58,954 bases of DNA from a virus (taxonomy: Duplodnaviria > Caudoviricetes): IMG/VR virus record IMGVR_UViG_3300044997_000299, positions 1 to 58,954 of that record; one strand, 5' to 3'. Shown here one piece after another: positions 1 through 10,055 of the stretch. A model generated the notes under the pieces. The model was not told the DNA's origin. It saw nothing but the letters and a program-made list of their open reading frames with translations, and ran no database searches. The translations under genes were made by a program, and so were the position numbers. Positions within the stretch are counted from its first letter, which is position 1. Every line of letters starts with the position of its first letter.

Positions 1-331
1 GTTGTGATCTATTTATTAAAGCAAAAGATATTTGTCCAGAAATTTTATTTGCTGTGCCAACTTGAAATTTTAACGAATCTCCAGCTTCTAATACTAATAC
101 ATTATGTACCGCGTTATCATGTGAGTTTGCTGCTACGCTTGCATGATAAAATTTATAGTCAGTTGTTTCTGAAATATCATGAAAAAAATAATTTGCTTCA
201 ACAGCAGTACTATCATCATTAGCCACAGAAATTTCTTTTACTAATGCAACAGAAGAAACGTTAATAGTTAACACCGTTGTTAAATTAGTTGTGGTTAAAT
301 CATAACCTTGAACTTTATAAAATATTGTCAT
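1..331 (-). CDS. virion/tail-associated hypothetical protein, 3' end truncated by window edge (not in ORF track)
   Basis: Hand translation MTIFYKVQGYDLTTTNLTTVLT...LVLEAGDSLKFQ... stays open to base 1; its ATG overlaps the upstream TGA (ATGA). Confidence 0.75.
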   Translation of the reverse strand, partial: MTIFYKVQGYDLTTTNLTTVLTINVSSVALVKEISVANDDSTAVEANYFFHDISETTDYKFYHASVAANSHDNAVHNVLVLEAGDSLKFQVGTANKISGQISFALINRSQ

Positions 332-507
332 GTGCTATTTCCTGAACTTAAAAACCAAGTAAAAATTTGCAATTCTTCTTTTGTTTCTTCGTTATAACTT
401 GTGTTAAGTTGTGTTTTTAATGTATCAATTGCTTGTATAATTTGACGTTGTGTATCCTTATTATAAACATCTGATGGCTCTGGAACATAAAAATCTATTT
501 TAGCCAT
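328..507 (-). CDS. 59-aa hypothetical tail-module protein (not in ORF track)
   Basis: MAKIDFYVPEPSDVYNKDTQRQIIQAIDTLKTQLNTSY...; TAATG coupling to the upstream 711-aa gene. Confidence 0.75.
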   Translation of the reverse strand: MAKIDFYVPEPSDVYNKDTQRQIIQAIDTLKTQLNTSYNEETKEELQIFTWFLSSGNST

Positions 508-2642
508 TATCTTCTTCCATCTGGTCTAACATCTACTCTAAAAATACCATATCGCCAATTAGTATTTACAGCATCGTTTTCTATTTTAATACTAGCTAAT
601 CTTGCACGTCCGCGAGTATCTATTTTATCTGTGCTTGAATTTACAGTAAAAGGACCTATAGATGTTTCACCTTTTGCAGTTGTCGTATCTGCTGGATAAG
701 ATCTCAAAAATAATGTGACTTTACAATTACCATCAATAACCTTGAAATCTGGAATAAATCTTTTTATAGATAGGAAAAATTCTCCATCTCCTTCAACATC
801 TAAATCAAAATCTCCCGATCTGATAAATGCAGGTATGGCTGTTTCAACTCCTGATGCACTAACTTCATTAATACCTATTTCATGTTTATATAACAAACTT
901 GCACCAGCACTTACACCATTTACTGTTGGAAAAGTTGGCGTAATTGTCGAATCAAATTCTGTAGCATAAGGATTATCATAAACAGAGGCGTCAAACCAAG
1001 TTGTTCTAGCTAAAGATCCAGTTGTCCAAACCTTTTCTAAATAATTATATGTCACCACTCTATCAACTTCTGTTGATCCAGATTTTGGATAAAACCACAT
1101 TATTTCTTGAAATAAACTATTATGGGCTGCAAATACAAGTTCATCTGAATCATGATTTATGCCTAAATTATCACCACTAGTAGTAAAAACAAAATCTTCA
1201 ACTAAACTTGGCATTGACATAACAGTTCCATCAAAAGCAAAAAATCCTCCAGAATCACCCATCCAGAATACAAGTCCTTGAGCAAACACTACTGCATGCT
1301 GACCAAGGCAACCACAATTAGATCCAACTTTTCTTATACTAAATGTAAAAGGTGGTCCTACAAATTGCATAGAATAAGCAGCATCATCAGTAAGAATTAA
1401 TATATAATCCTTTGCTCTAACCGCTGCTACAATTTTAGTGCCAGCATCTAATCTAAAAGTCCCCGCAGTATTTGTGGATGTCGGTGTGTAATTGTTAAAA
1501 TCTTCTTGATCAGAAAACCTAATTAGCATTTTATCTTGTGTGCCATTTGGTAATGTTTCATTTGTGCCCAAATGTATTAAATGTCTGTCTCTATCTGATA
1601 CTATAGTCATTACAGATTTTTGAGGCATTGAAGCATTTATTACAGCTCTTGTCGTTAGTCCACTTGATGGATTCCAAATAAATGTAGGACCATTGTGCAT
1701 TGTTGCGATTAATATTTGACCAAAATTATCTAACGACCAATTGGCTGGATCTATGGCTACAGTTGTTGCAACTGTCGAAGCTACACCCCAACCAACAAAG
1801 GTGGTTGCATCATAAACTACAGCATTATCTGCATGTGCTGCAGCAGTCGTGCCGTTGGTTCCTCTGCCTGCCCCTGTAAAAGTTGTTGCAGTTTTGCCTG
1901 AATAAGTAATTAGCTCTTGATCTATTAATATTGTTCCTGTTGCGGCAAATCCTGTTGTTGAATCTACTGGTATAGTTGAAACTGCATTATTGATTCCTCC
2001 TACTTGATTTATTGCAGTTTGCGTAACAGTTGAATTAAAACCACTCCAATTAAAAGTACCCCACCCATAACCATAAGTCTGTCCTAAAGGTCCAAAATTG
2101 AAATAAGGATTACATGTTGCAGATCCAGAGGCCGAAGCTGTTCCAGATGAAGTAGTTGGCATTGTAATTGTGAATGTTCCAGATGTAGGAGTAGTTTTAA
2201 CTTCAAATGCATTTGCAAAGTTAGAAGCTACAAATCCAGTAGGTGTTGTAACATTTGAAAAAATTACAATATCTCCTATTGTTAAACTGTGTCCAGCTTT
2301 ATTTACTGTAACTGTTGCTGATCCTGAAGTTGTATTAAATGTACAAGAAGTAAGTGCTGTGTCTAATGGTGTAATATCGTAAAACGCACCCTCAAAGTAT
2401 ATAACTAATAATTTGTTTGTGCCAATAGCAACGTATCTATTACCATCTAAATCTGACCATATTAATTGATTTCTAGCAGCTCCAACTAAAGTATTAGATA
2501 ATAACTCTTGCCAACCCCCTATTTTTTGAGGGTTACCGTAACGAAAGCGTACATTATCTCCATCTATCCAACGACCTTCCGCTTGAGATGCGGTATCTTG
2601 TTTATCGAATCCTGGTGCTAATGGTATTTTTCTTAAAGGCAT
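507..2642 (-). CDS. tail tubular/stabilization (nozzle-like) protein with Thr-rich beta insertion
   Basis: 711 aa; N-terminal PGFDK...GRWIDGDNVRF, IRFSDQED, beta-propeller-like C-half and C-terminal DGRR typical of P22 gp10-like podophage tail proteins. Confidence 0.7.
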   Translation of the reverse strand: MPLRKIPLAPGFDKQDTASQAEGRWIDGDNVRFRYGNPQKIGGWQELLSNTLVGAARNQLIWSDLDGNRYVAIGTNKLLVIYFEGAFYDITPLDTALTSCTFNTTSGSATVTVNKAGHSLTIGDIVIFSNVTTPTGFVASNFANAFEVKTTPTSGTFTITMPTTSSGTASASGSATCNPYFNFGPLGQTYGYGWGTFNWSGFNSTVTQTAINQVGGINNAVSTIPVDSTTGFAATGTILIDQELITYSGKTATTFTGAGRGTNGTTAAAHADNAVVYDATTFVGWGVASTVATTVAIDPANWSLDNFGQILIATMHNGPTFIWNPSSGLTTRAVINASMPQKSVMTIVSDRDRHLIHLGTNETLPNGTQDKMLIRFSDQEDFNNYTPTSTNTAGTFRLDAGTKIVAAVRAKDYILILTDDAAYSMQFVGPPFTFSIRKVGSNCGCLGQHAVVFAQGLVFWMGDSGGFFAFDGTVMSMPSLVEDFVFTTSGDNLGINHDSDELVFAAHNSLFQEIMWFYPKSGSTEVDRVVTYNYLEKVWTTGSLARTTWFDASVYDNPYATEFDSTITPTFPTVNGVSAGASLLYKHEIGINEVSASGVETAIPAFIRSGDFDLDVEGDGEFFLSIKRFIPDFKVIDGNCKVTLFLRSYPADTTTAKGETSIGPFTVNSSTDKIDTRGRARLASIKIENDAVNTNWRYGIFRVDVRPDGRR

Positions 2643-2662
2643 AAACCATTATACCTTATATT

Positions 2663-3559
2663 TTATTGAGTAGAAATAGGTTTATTTATTAATTCGTATT
2701 TAAACGTTAAAACCATTCTTAATTGATTACAGAACTTACTCAAAGGTCTTGGGCCATGAAAAATAAATCCATCAAATATTACAGCTCTTGCTGGTTTAGG
2801 TATGACAGCATTTTGAATTTCATTTCTATTTTCATTTAAAAAAAAAGTTTCTCCGCCAAAATTTATATTCCAATTATCGTTAAGATAAAACATTATAGTA
2901 ACTATTTCGTTATATTCTTTAGCACCATCGTCTACGTGATATTCTCCAGAAAATCCATAAGTATTTGCACTTGCGTAACATCTAGAAAGCTTAAAAATTT
3001 TATTTAACCCGTAATATTTTAATAAATCTTCAGAAAGATTTAAAAAATTTTTTTCGAAAACATTTTTAAAGTTTAAATGATAATTCCATTTTACAGATTC
3101 TTCAGTTACATTTTTACCACTGAATGTCCATTCTAAGTTTTTAAAATATTCATATATATTTTTTGAAGATTCTAAATCATATAAATTGTCTTCTATAATA
3201 AATAATCTTTTTTGATCTAAAGAATTAGCTAAATTTAATATAATTAACTCAAGATCATCACTTTGATTAATTTTATTTCTATCGCAGTTAACGAATTTAT
3301 ACACTAAACTTTCTGCTTTTTCTCCGATTAAATTTTTTATCTCTTCTCTAGATACATTTAAATTAGGATCAAAATGTTTGTTTCCGTAAATATTATGAAA
3401 CATACCTGCAATACATAAATCTTCAGATTGCCTCCATTTTTTTAAAATATTAAATGTTCCAATTAAATGATTTAAAAAATTTGAATGAGAATGTTTAATG
3501 TGTTGACAATTTTTATTATGTAAATAATTTATGTATTTTTGATATTTTTCAACAAACAT
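2663..3559 (-). CDS. HD-like (DUF6817-like) domain fused to 2OG-Fe(II) oxygenase
   Basis: N-terminal HS..FL.HL.GT...AGMFHNIYG; C-terminal HVD...GGET...H...R (prolyl-4-hydroxylase-like). Confidence 0.7.
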   Translation of the reverse strand: MFVEKYQKYINYLHNKNCQHIKHSHSNFLNHLIGTFNILKKWRQSEDLCIAGMFHNIYGNKHFDPNLNVSREEIKNLIGEKAESLVYKFVNCDRNKINQSDDLELIILNLANSLDQKRLFIIEDNLYDLESSKNIYEYFKNLEWTFSGKNVTEESVKWNYHLNFKNVFEKNFLNLSEDLLKYYGLNKIFKLSRCYASANTYGFSGEYHVDDGAKEYNEIVTIMFYLNDNWNINFGGETFFLNENRNEIQNAVIPKPARAVIFDGFIFHGPRPLSKFCNQLRMVLTFKYELINKPISTQ

Positions 3560-3777
3560 TATTTACTATCTATTTTAGTATCTGTGTAAGTTTGTTTATT
3601 AACAATGTCTTCACTAAATTTTGTTTGCCAATCCATAACCATTTTAACAAGATTATTTCCAAAATGTCTTAAATTTTCATCTGTTAGATGAAGTTTTCCT
3701 TTTCTAAAAAGAATTAACCTTTCTTTCCAAGAGAATTCTATATCACAAGATCCATTATCGTACTGTTTAAATTTCAT
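3559..3777 (-). CDS. hypothetical protein
   Basis: 72-aa ORF translationally coupled on both sides. Confidence 0.7.
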   Translation of the reverse strand: MKFKQYDNGSCDIEFSWKERLILFRKGKLHLTDENLRHFGNNLVKMVMDWQTKFSEDIVNKQTYTDTKIDSK

Positions 3778-4319
3778 TTTGATATTCCAAATAATAATCT
3801 TTTATCTTTAAACCATTCTTTATTTTCACCGTTTTTATTTACATAATGTAAAAATGTTTGAGCATGCCAATCCCCTTTAAATTCTTTTCTCCAGTGTTCT
3901 ATTTCACATCCCAAATAAATCGCTGCATCTCCCGGTCCCATATTCAGCTCTGTGCCATTCATGTATATTGGCCATGGTGTTCCATCCGAACCTATCATAA
4001 CAGTTACACTTATCTCACAAGCAGGTCTATCTTTATGTTTTTTTAAATCTGCATTTATTGTATACATTCTCCAAAATGCATATGTTGGTAGCAATTCAAG
4101 ACCAGTTTCTTTTTGCATTAATTCTAATTTGTTGACCATTAAAGATTCCATTAACGGGTCTCCATAAAAAAAAGTGTCTCCATTATCATTCTGATGAAAA
4201 TCAAATGAATCAAAATTAATTCTATGTTTTATTCTACAATAGTCTGTTAATAATTTAATTTCTTCTTTGGTTAAAAAGTTTTTAACTAATTTATATTTAA
4301 AATCTTTTATAGTGCCCAT
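3774..4319 (-). CDS. 2OG-Fe(II) oxygenase family protein
   Basis: HKDRPACEISVT and HWR...QTFLHYV motifs. Confidence 0.75.
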   Translation of the reverse strand: MGTIKDFKYKLVKNFLTKEEIKLLTDYCRIKHRINFDSFDFHQNDNGDTFFYGDPLMESLMVNKLELMQKETGLELLPTYAFWRMYTINADLKKHKDRPACEISVTVMIGSDGTPWPIYMNGTELNMGPGDAAIYLGCEIEHWRKEFKGDWHAQTFLHYVNKNGENKEWFKDKRLLFGISK

Positions 4320-4876
4320 GCTACAACCGAATATCTTTTTCCCTTCGTTACTGGTTTAACTGTATGAGGATATAAAAAATTACTTGGCCAAATAATCATT
4401 CTATTTGGTTTAACCTCAATTTCAAATTCCCCAGAACCATCTGGATTTCTAAAACATAAATTTCCACCCTCGTAATCATTATTTAATAATAAAATACAGC
4501 TCATAGTCCTAGGTATTGCTGCAAAATGATCTACATGCCAAGTGTAAAAACCAGTGTTCTCATATTTTAAAATTTCAATATCAAAAATGTCTCTGTATTC
4601 ATAATCTAAAATACTAGCATCAAATTTGTATTTTTTTAAATTTTTATTAAAAAAATGATATAACAAATTAAACCAGTGCACATTAGAAATTGAATTGTTT
4701 AAATTTGTCAAAGATAAGGCATAAGTTCTTCTAACATTAAAATCAGTTCTCAATAAATCACCTCCACCAATTTTAGTTTCTTCAAAGTTTGAATTATTTG
4801 CAAAACGAATTAAATTACTTAAAACTTTCCAAGGTAAAACTTCATCATAAGTTTTAATAAAATTTTTTATCTCCAT
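4307..4876 (-). CDS. 2OG-Fe(II) oxygenase (prolyl 4-hydroxylase-like)
   Basis: WHVD...LLLNNDYEGGNL...YPHTVKPVTKGKRYSVV. Confidence 0.85.
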   Translation of the reverse strand: MEIKNFIKTYDEVLPWKVLSNLIRFANNSNFEETKIGGGDLLRTDFNVRRTYALSLTNLNNSISNVHWFNLLYHFFNKNLKKYKFDASILDYEYRDIFDIEILKYENTGFYTWHVDHFAAIPRTMSCILLLNNDYEGGNLCFRNPDGSGEFEIEVKPNRMIIWPSNFLYPHTVKPVTKGKRYSVVAWAL

Positions 4877-5628
4877 GTTTTTTTTTGCCAGCTTTTATGT
4901 TTATATCTATCTAAGAAAGTCAAGCTAAAAAAAATAGAAGAATTTTGTATTTCTTTTTGTTTTCTTTTATTTAATGTCATTTTCCAAGAATCTCTCTTGA
5001 AAGGTATAACTTGAACGTAAGGAGTACCTTTTTTAATTACTGTTTCTAGGGTAGGGTATTTATCTCCATTTACAACTATCGGAAAATTTATTTCTAAATT
5101 ATATGAATCTGTATCAACAATTCCAGGTATTATTGAAAATCTATCATCAGAATTGTTTAAAGGTGAGACAAATAAACATGAATAACCTTTGGGTGTTTTA
5201 ATCTTCCAAGGATTTAATATTTTGTGAAAAGGTAAATTTTTGTTTTTTTCAACTAATGGAGACCCTTCAAGTTGAAATGTTTTATGAATTTCTAAAGAAG
5301 AAGCAGAATTTAAATTAATGTATTTTGCATTGAGTAATTGCCAAAAATTATCTAAACTAAATTGTTGATAAGAGTCTTTTATATTATTTCCCTTTTCATC
5401 TTTAGCATCTGCATTGTGTTTTAGAGCAATATCTTGCGGTATTTTTAATAAGTAACCAGCAGTTAATGAATCTAAAAAAGGCATACATCCTTTTGCAGTT
5501 CTTTTAGAAAGTGTATGTTCTAGATTTTTGTACCAATCTGGTATATTTAATTTTGCTGGTATTGGATAATCTTCCTTTAGTGCAAAATAGTCCTCGTGAG
5601 CACTAAACTCTATTTCTTTATGAAACAT
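4867..5628 (-). CDS. conserved phage protein (DUF6065-like beta-clip fold)
   Basis: KGCMPFLD, PWKIKTPKGYSCLF and GTPYVQVIPFKR motifs. Confidence 0.55.
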   Translation of the reverse strand: MFHKEIEFSAHEDYFALKEDYPIPAKLNIPDWYKNLEHTLSKRTAKGCMPFLDSLTAGYLLKIPQDIALKHNADAKDEKGNNIKDSYQQFSLDNFWQLLNAKYINLNSASSLEIHKTFQLEGSPLVEKNKNLPFHKILNPWKIKTPKGYSCLFVSPLNNSDDRFSIIPGIVDTDSYNLEINFPIVVNGDKYPTLETVIKKGTPYVQVIPFKRDSWKMTLNKRKQKEIQNSSIFFSLTFLDRYKHKSWQKKTWR

Positions 5629-5647
5629 GCTAAAGAAATAGTAATTT

Positions 5648-6094
5648 TTAAGGTAATTGTAAAGGACTTAAAGATGCTTGTCCTAAATCATTAAAGTATT
5701 GTTCTAATGATTTATTTAAAGGATATGTAATAGTGTTCACATTAAAATTATTAAGTTGAGTAAAATAAGTATTCCATTGTTGGAACAAAGGATGAGTTGG
5801 ATTAATTTTTAAAAAGTTATTAATCTCATTTTTGTAATTTGTAATGTAATCTATTAAATTTTTTTTCTCTAAAAAAATTCTTTCTAAGTTAGCATAAGTA
5901 ATTACATTTCCACTATAACTTATAGCCTGTTTTGTCGAATATTTAACTGCGTTAAAATTTTCTTGCGAATCTTGAATTATTTTATAATCATTAATATTTA
6001 TATTTAAATTATTTAAATCATATTCATTCGCTGCAATTTTATAAAATGTATTTTCTACACCATCACTATTTTTTAAAAAAATAAAATAAGACAT
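5648..6094 (-). CDS. putative tail fiber assembly/chaperone protein
   Basis: 148 aa, directly downstream of the tail fiber; function inferred from position only. Confidence 0.45.
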   Translation of the reverse strand: MSYFIFLKNSDGVENTFYKIAANEYDLNNLNININDYKIIQDSQENFNAVKYSTKQAISYSGNVITYANLERIFLEKKNLIDYITNYKNEINNFLKINPTHPLFQQWNTYFTQLNNFNVNTITYPLNKSLEQYFNDLGQASLSPLQLP

Positions 6095-6097
6095 ATT

Positions 6098-7339
6098 TTA
6101 AGTACCTGTATTTTCAAAAATAATTAACGCCCCAGGCTGATTAGTCGAGCCAGCAGAAGGTACTCTTCCTTGTCCAAATCCTACCCAATCAGCAACTAAA
6201 CTAGCTCCTGGGCAATTACCTGGTGTTCCAGGAGTATTGCTGCCCCCACCAGCTCCGCTCCCACCGTTAGCGGTTCCTACCCCTGCCAAATTTGTATTTC
6301 CACCAGCACCTCCAGAAAAACCTTGGCCTTGACCGCCTTGAAAACCACCGGCACCTCCAGCACCTATAGAAAAAGGTGCTACAAAAGGTTGAGTGATTGG
6401 TTTATTAAAAAAACCAAAACCACCTGTTCCACCGGGTGCTCCACCAGGTCCATCTGAAGTAGTCCCCCCCGTTCCCCCTCCACCCGCATACATATAGACA
6501 CCAATCCTATTCGCAGTTGGGGAGGCTGTATAAGTACCACCAGCCGGTCCTGCTTTTGCTAAAACAGGTATTCCCATTCCAGCACCCGCTGATCCAGAAG
6601 ATGCAGAGGTAATACGACCATCAGCATCGACTGTAATTGTTGCTGATGAATAAGTTCCTGCAGTAACTGCAGTTGCAATTAATTGATCTGATCCAACTGA
6701 GTTTGTGGCAAGTTTTGATTGAGTAATTGTTGATTGTGTAATTTTAATTGCTGTAACTGCATTAGTTGCAAGTTTAGCAGATGTCACTGCAAATGATGCA
6801 AGTTTAGCAGATGTCACTGCAAATGATTCAAGTCTAGCAGAAGTTATCGCAAAAGAAGCAATTTTAGAAGAAGTTATTGACAAATCTTCAATTTGTGCAG
6901 TAGCAATTGTTCCAGATAAAGTATCTAAATCAACTGAATTAATATTTGTTCCATCTGCAAATAATATTTTTATACCTTTATCTGTTGTAGAAAATGTAGT
7001 TCCTGTGCCACTAACTGTTTTGAATTCTACTGTAAAAGCACCCGTTGTTCCATTTTGAACAATATAAGTTTTTTCAATACCATTTGGAACTGTAACAATT
7101 TGATTTCCAGTAATTACCCCTGTTAATTTTATAACTGCATTTCTAGCTTGAGATAATGTAGCATTAGACATTAAAAGATTTGTTGTTTGAGCTCCGCCTG
7201 CAATAGATATTGCTTCGAAGCCAGCTATTGCTTGTTGTACTAAATTTAAATTTGTATTGGTTTTATCACCCCAAGTACCAGCGTTTTCGCCAGTAACCAT
7301 GAGTTCTAGTTTTAGATCTGTAGAAAAACTTGATGGCAT
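6098..7339 (-). CDS. tail fiber protein
   Basis: N-terminal MPSSFSTDLKLEL..TGENAGTWG..TN anchor, 10-aa (AVTSAKLASF) repeats, TVDADGRITS and Gly-rich tip. Confidence 0.8.
   Translation of the reverse strand: MPSSFSTDLKLELMVTGENAGTWGDKTNTNLNLVQQAIAGFEAISIAGGAQTTNLLMSNATLSQARNAVIKLTGVITGNQIVTVPNGIEKTYIVQNGTTGAFTVEFKTVSGTGTTFSTTDKGIKILFADGTNINSVDLDTLSGTIATAQIEDLSITSSKIASFAITSARLESFAVTSAKLASFAVTSAKLATNAVTAIKITQSTITQSKLATNSVGSDQLIATAVTAGTYSSATITVDADGRITSASSGSAGAGMGIPVLAKAGPAGGTYTASPTANRIGVYMYAGGGGTGGTTSDGPGGAPGGTGGFGFFNKPITQPFVAPFSIGAGGAGGFQGGQGQGFSGGAGGNTNLAGVGTANGGSGAGGGSNTPGTPGNCPGASLVADWVGFGQGRVPSAGSTNQPGALIIFENTGT
6767..6856. repeat. 30-bp tandem repeat (2 exact plus 1 degenerate copy) encoding fiber decapeptide repeats
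   Basis: tgcaagtttagcagatgtcactgcaaatga at 6767-6796 and 6797-6826; degenerate copy at 6827-6856. Confidence 0.9.
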
Positions 7340-7371
7340 ATTAACTCCTATTTAATTTATAAATAAATCAT

Positions 7372-8922
7372 TTATGCAGCTAAGTCAACTGGAGTCCAAG
7401 TATTAGAAGCCCCTGTTTGCACCTCTGCCCATGTTGTAATATTAGCAGATCCCATAGTTAAATTCAACTGCATTCCTGTCAAATTTACGACTGCATTAGC
7501 AGTAACGTTAGTGCTTCCAACTGTTAAATTTAATTGTAATCCTGTTACATTATAGCCAAAATTAATATTTACTTGACCAGGAATTAAATTTATCTGTGAT
7601 CCAGAAACATTTACATTAACATCTACAATGATACCTTCATTACCGATCGCTAGATTAATTTGTGTTCCTGTAACTTCAGCTATAGTTTCAAGACCTCCTT
7701 CAACTTGTCCTATAGTTAAATTACTTTGTAATCCAGTAACGTCTACATTTGCAATTCCTGTAACGCTTAATGAACCAACAGAAACAACTAAAGTATGCTC
7801 TGCAACATTAACAAAAATATTACCATCTGCAGATATATCAATTGTTCCAACATCTGAATTAATTTGAGTTCCTGTTACAAAAACATTTGCATCTGCTACA
7901 ATATCTTCATTACCAATAGTAACATTAATTTGAGATCCGGTAACTGTTACTATTTTATCATCTTCCTCACCCCAAGAAACTTCGCCCCAAGCATTATTAC
8001 CCCAACCTGCGTCTGGTTGAAAATCGGTAATAACTGATCCTTCATCTAAATTTATTTGGAAACCTGTTACTGATAAATTACCATCCGCATTTGTATTAAC
8101 TGATGTTACAGATATATTATTTTGAATCCCTGTTAAATTAATATTTGCATCAGCTGCAACAGATTCGTTTCCAATTAGAGAATTAATTTGAATACCTGTA
8201 GCATCAATATTAGCGTTTGCTATAGTTGTAACTCCAGTTTGCAATACATTTAATTGAGATCCTGAAATAAAAATCTCTGTTACAATATTTTCAGTAACAC
8301 CAGTTATAGATAAATTAACTTGTGTTCCTGTTACATCAACAGCTGTTAATAAATTTATTGTTACTGAATTTTGTGCAACATTTATTTGTGTTCCAGTTAG
8401 ATTGACAACTATATCATTTTCTAGTCCCCATGGAACAGCTCCCCAAGTAGAAACTCCCCAACCTGCATCTGGTTGAAAGTCTGTAGTGATTATACCTTCA
8501 TCTACATTTATTTGAGATCCCGCTACATTTGTTTGAGTAAATATATCAACTGTTACAGAGCCAATATCAAAATTAACTTGACTCCCGGTAATATCAACGT
8601 TTGCACCTCCTGTTAAACTTACTCCAGTAATTGCAAAATTTATTTGTTGACCGGTTAAACTTACAGAAACGTCTGTAATTGCTGTTTCTTCACCAATAGA
8701 TAAATTTATTTGTGAGCCAGTTACCTCAGCAACATCTCCTAGAATTCCGTAAGTAAATTGTCCCCAACTATTTGAACCCCAGCCATTAACAAAAACAAAC
8801 TCTACGCTACCAATAGAAAGTTCTAAAGATAAAGCATCTCCGCCCCAACTATCAGCATTCCAAGTAGATTCACCAAATGCAAGGATGCCAGGTGACGTTA
8901 CAGGTACTGTTATGCCCGCCAC
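7372..8922 (-). CDS. repetitive acidic virion fiber/spike protein
   Basis: 516 aa; many (V/L)TGxQIN repeats and four WGxxxWGxxxWG-like modules. Confidence 0.65.
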   Translation of the reverse strand: MAGITVPVTSPGILAFGESTWNADSWGGDALSLELSIGSVEFVFVNGWGSNSWGQFTYGILGDVAEVTGSQINLSIGEETAITDVSVSLTGQQINFAITGVSLTGGANVDITGSQVNFDIGSVTVDIFTQTNVAGSQINVDEGIITTDFQPDAGWGVSTWGAVPWGLENDIVVNLTGTQINVAQNSVTINLLTAVDVTGTQVNLSITGVTENIVTEIFISGSQLNVLQTGVTTIANANIDATGIQINSLIGNESVAADANINLTGIQNNISVTSVNTNADGNLSVTGFQINLDEGSVITDFQPDAGWGNNAWGEVSWGEEDDKIVTVTGSQINVTIGNEDIVADANVFVTGTQINSDVGTIDISADGNIFVNVAEHTLVVSVGSLSVTGIANVDVTGLQSNLTIGQVEGGLETIAEVTGTQINLAIGNEGIIVDVNVNVSGSQINLIPGQVNINFGYNVTGLQLNLTVGSTNVTANAVVNLTGMQLNLTMGSANITTWAEVQTGASNTWTPVDLAA

Positions 8923-8937
8923 CTGACCCTCCTAAAC

Positions 8938-9375
8938 TTATGCAATTCTTATAATTGCACTACTTGTTGAAAACGCTGGAAATTGAATTGTAAAAGTTCC
9001 AGCTGTTGCAGTTTTTGCTCCGCCAAAATCTAATACACATACAGATTTGTTTGATGCTGATGAATTATAAATTAATGCACCTCTTGCTGTCAAAGTAACT
9101 CCTGTAAAAGATAGATTTGCAAAATTTGTAAAAGCTATATCACCTGATAAAAGTGTTCCTGAATTTACTAAACTTTTTCCACCTGATGAATATCCTGATG
9201 AGGATACTTGTCCTGATGTAGTAAAGGATGTTGTTGATTTTCCAATCGTTGCAGAAGTTAAGTACATTGCTAATTTAAATTTATTTCCTGTTCCCGCTGT
9301 TGTTCCAAAATTATGTGTTGCTTGTATTAATTCTTTTTTAAAAGAATTACAAATCGCGTTTGTTGTTATCGGCAT
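8938..9375 (-). CDS. virion structural protein
   Basis: AICNSFKKEL...FKLAMY...ARGALIYN...VLDFG, a family common in tail modules. Confidence 0.65.
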   Translation of the reverse strand: MPITTNAICNSFKKELIQATHNFGTTAGTGNKFKLAMYLTSATIGKSTTSFTTSGQVSSSGYSSGGKSLVNSGTLLSGDIAFTNFANLSFTGVTLTARGALIYNSSASNKSVCVLDFGGAKTATAGTFTIQFPAFSTSSAIIRIA

Positions 9376-9389
9376 TTTTTCTCCTTTAA

Positions 9390-10055
9390 TTATGGTGAGG
9401 GAGAGTCAATTTTAATTCTTGGCACTCCACTATCGTATTCACCTCTTCGTCTTCTACCCATTTGTTGAAGAGCAAAGTTTTGAATTTCACTATCATACTT
9501 TCCTTTATACAAATTGTACATATCCATAGGTCCTTTTAAAAAAGAAAATGCCTCGGTCAAAACGCCATATAATAACATATTTTCTGCATAAGTTGACAAA
9601 TACGTATTTGTAGTTGAGTTAAAATGCTGTGGTTCTTTAATATATTCTAATTGCACAGGATAAGCTTGGTCTGGTGTTGGAGCTACAATTAAAGTAAAAT
9701 CATCGAAATTTCCATAAAATTTAGGTACTCCTGTAGCATTTGACGAATTAAACTCTCTCATAAAAGTTTGATCTCTTCTTTCCATATATTCAACAGTACC
9801 AGAAGCAAGTGTTCCAGTAGTTGCTACAAATAAAGCTCTTGGTATTAAAAAGTCTGCTGGCATTGCTAAAAATTTATTATTTGCAATAAATATTGAATTT
9901 GCATATTTTCTTAAATCATCATAATCTACCTTTCCAGCAACATTTAATTCTGTATTTCTTATAAAGCCATCAATGATTGTATTTGTTAAAACATTACTAT
10001 CTGCTTCAGTATAATCTCTTACTTGAGTTAAAAAATTTGCGTGTGTTATGGACAT
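9390..10055 (-). CDS. head-tail adaptor-like protein
   Basis: GVPKFY...APTPDQAY...LLYGVL.EA motifs. Confidence 0.65.
   Translation of the reverse strand: MSITHANFLTQVRDYTEADSNVLTNTIIDGFIRNTELNVAGKVDYDDLRKYANSIFIANNKFLAMPADFLIPRALFVATTGTLASGTVEYMERRDQTFMREFNSSNATGVPKFYGNFDDFTLIVAPTPDQAYPVQLEYIKEPQHFNSTTNTYLSTYAENMLLYGVLTEAFSFLKGPMDMYNLYKGKYDSEIQNFALQQMGRRRRGEYDSGVPRIKIDSPSP

Noticed and set aside
4-222. + strand 72-aa ORF
   Set aside because: Antisense shadow of the - strand gene at 1-331, which is coupled to the operon
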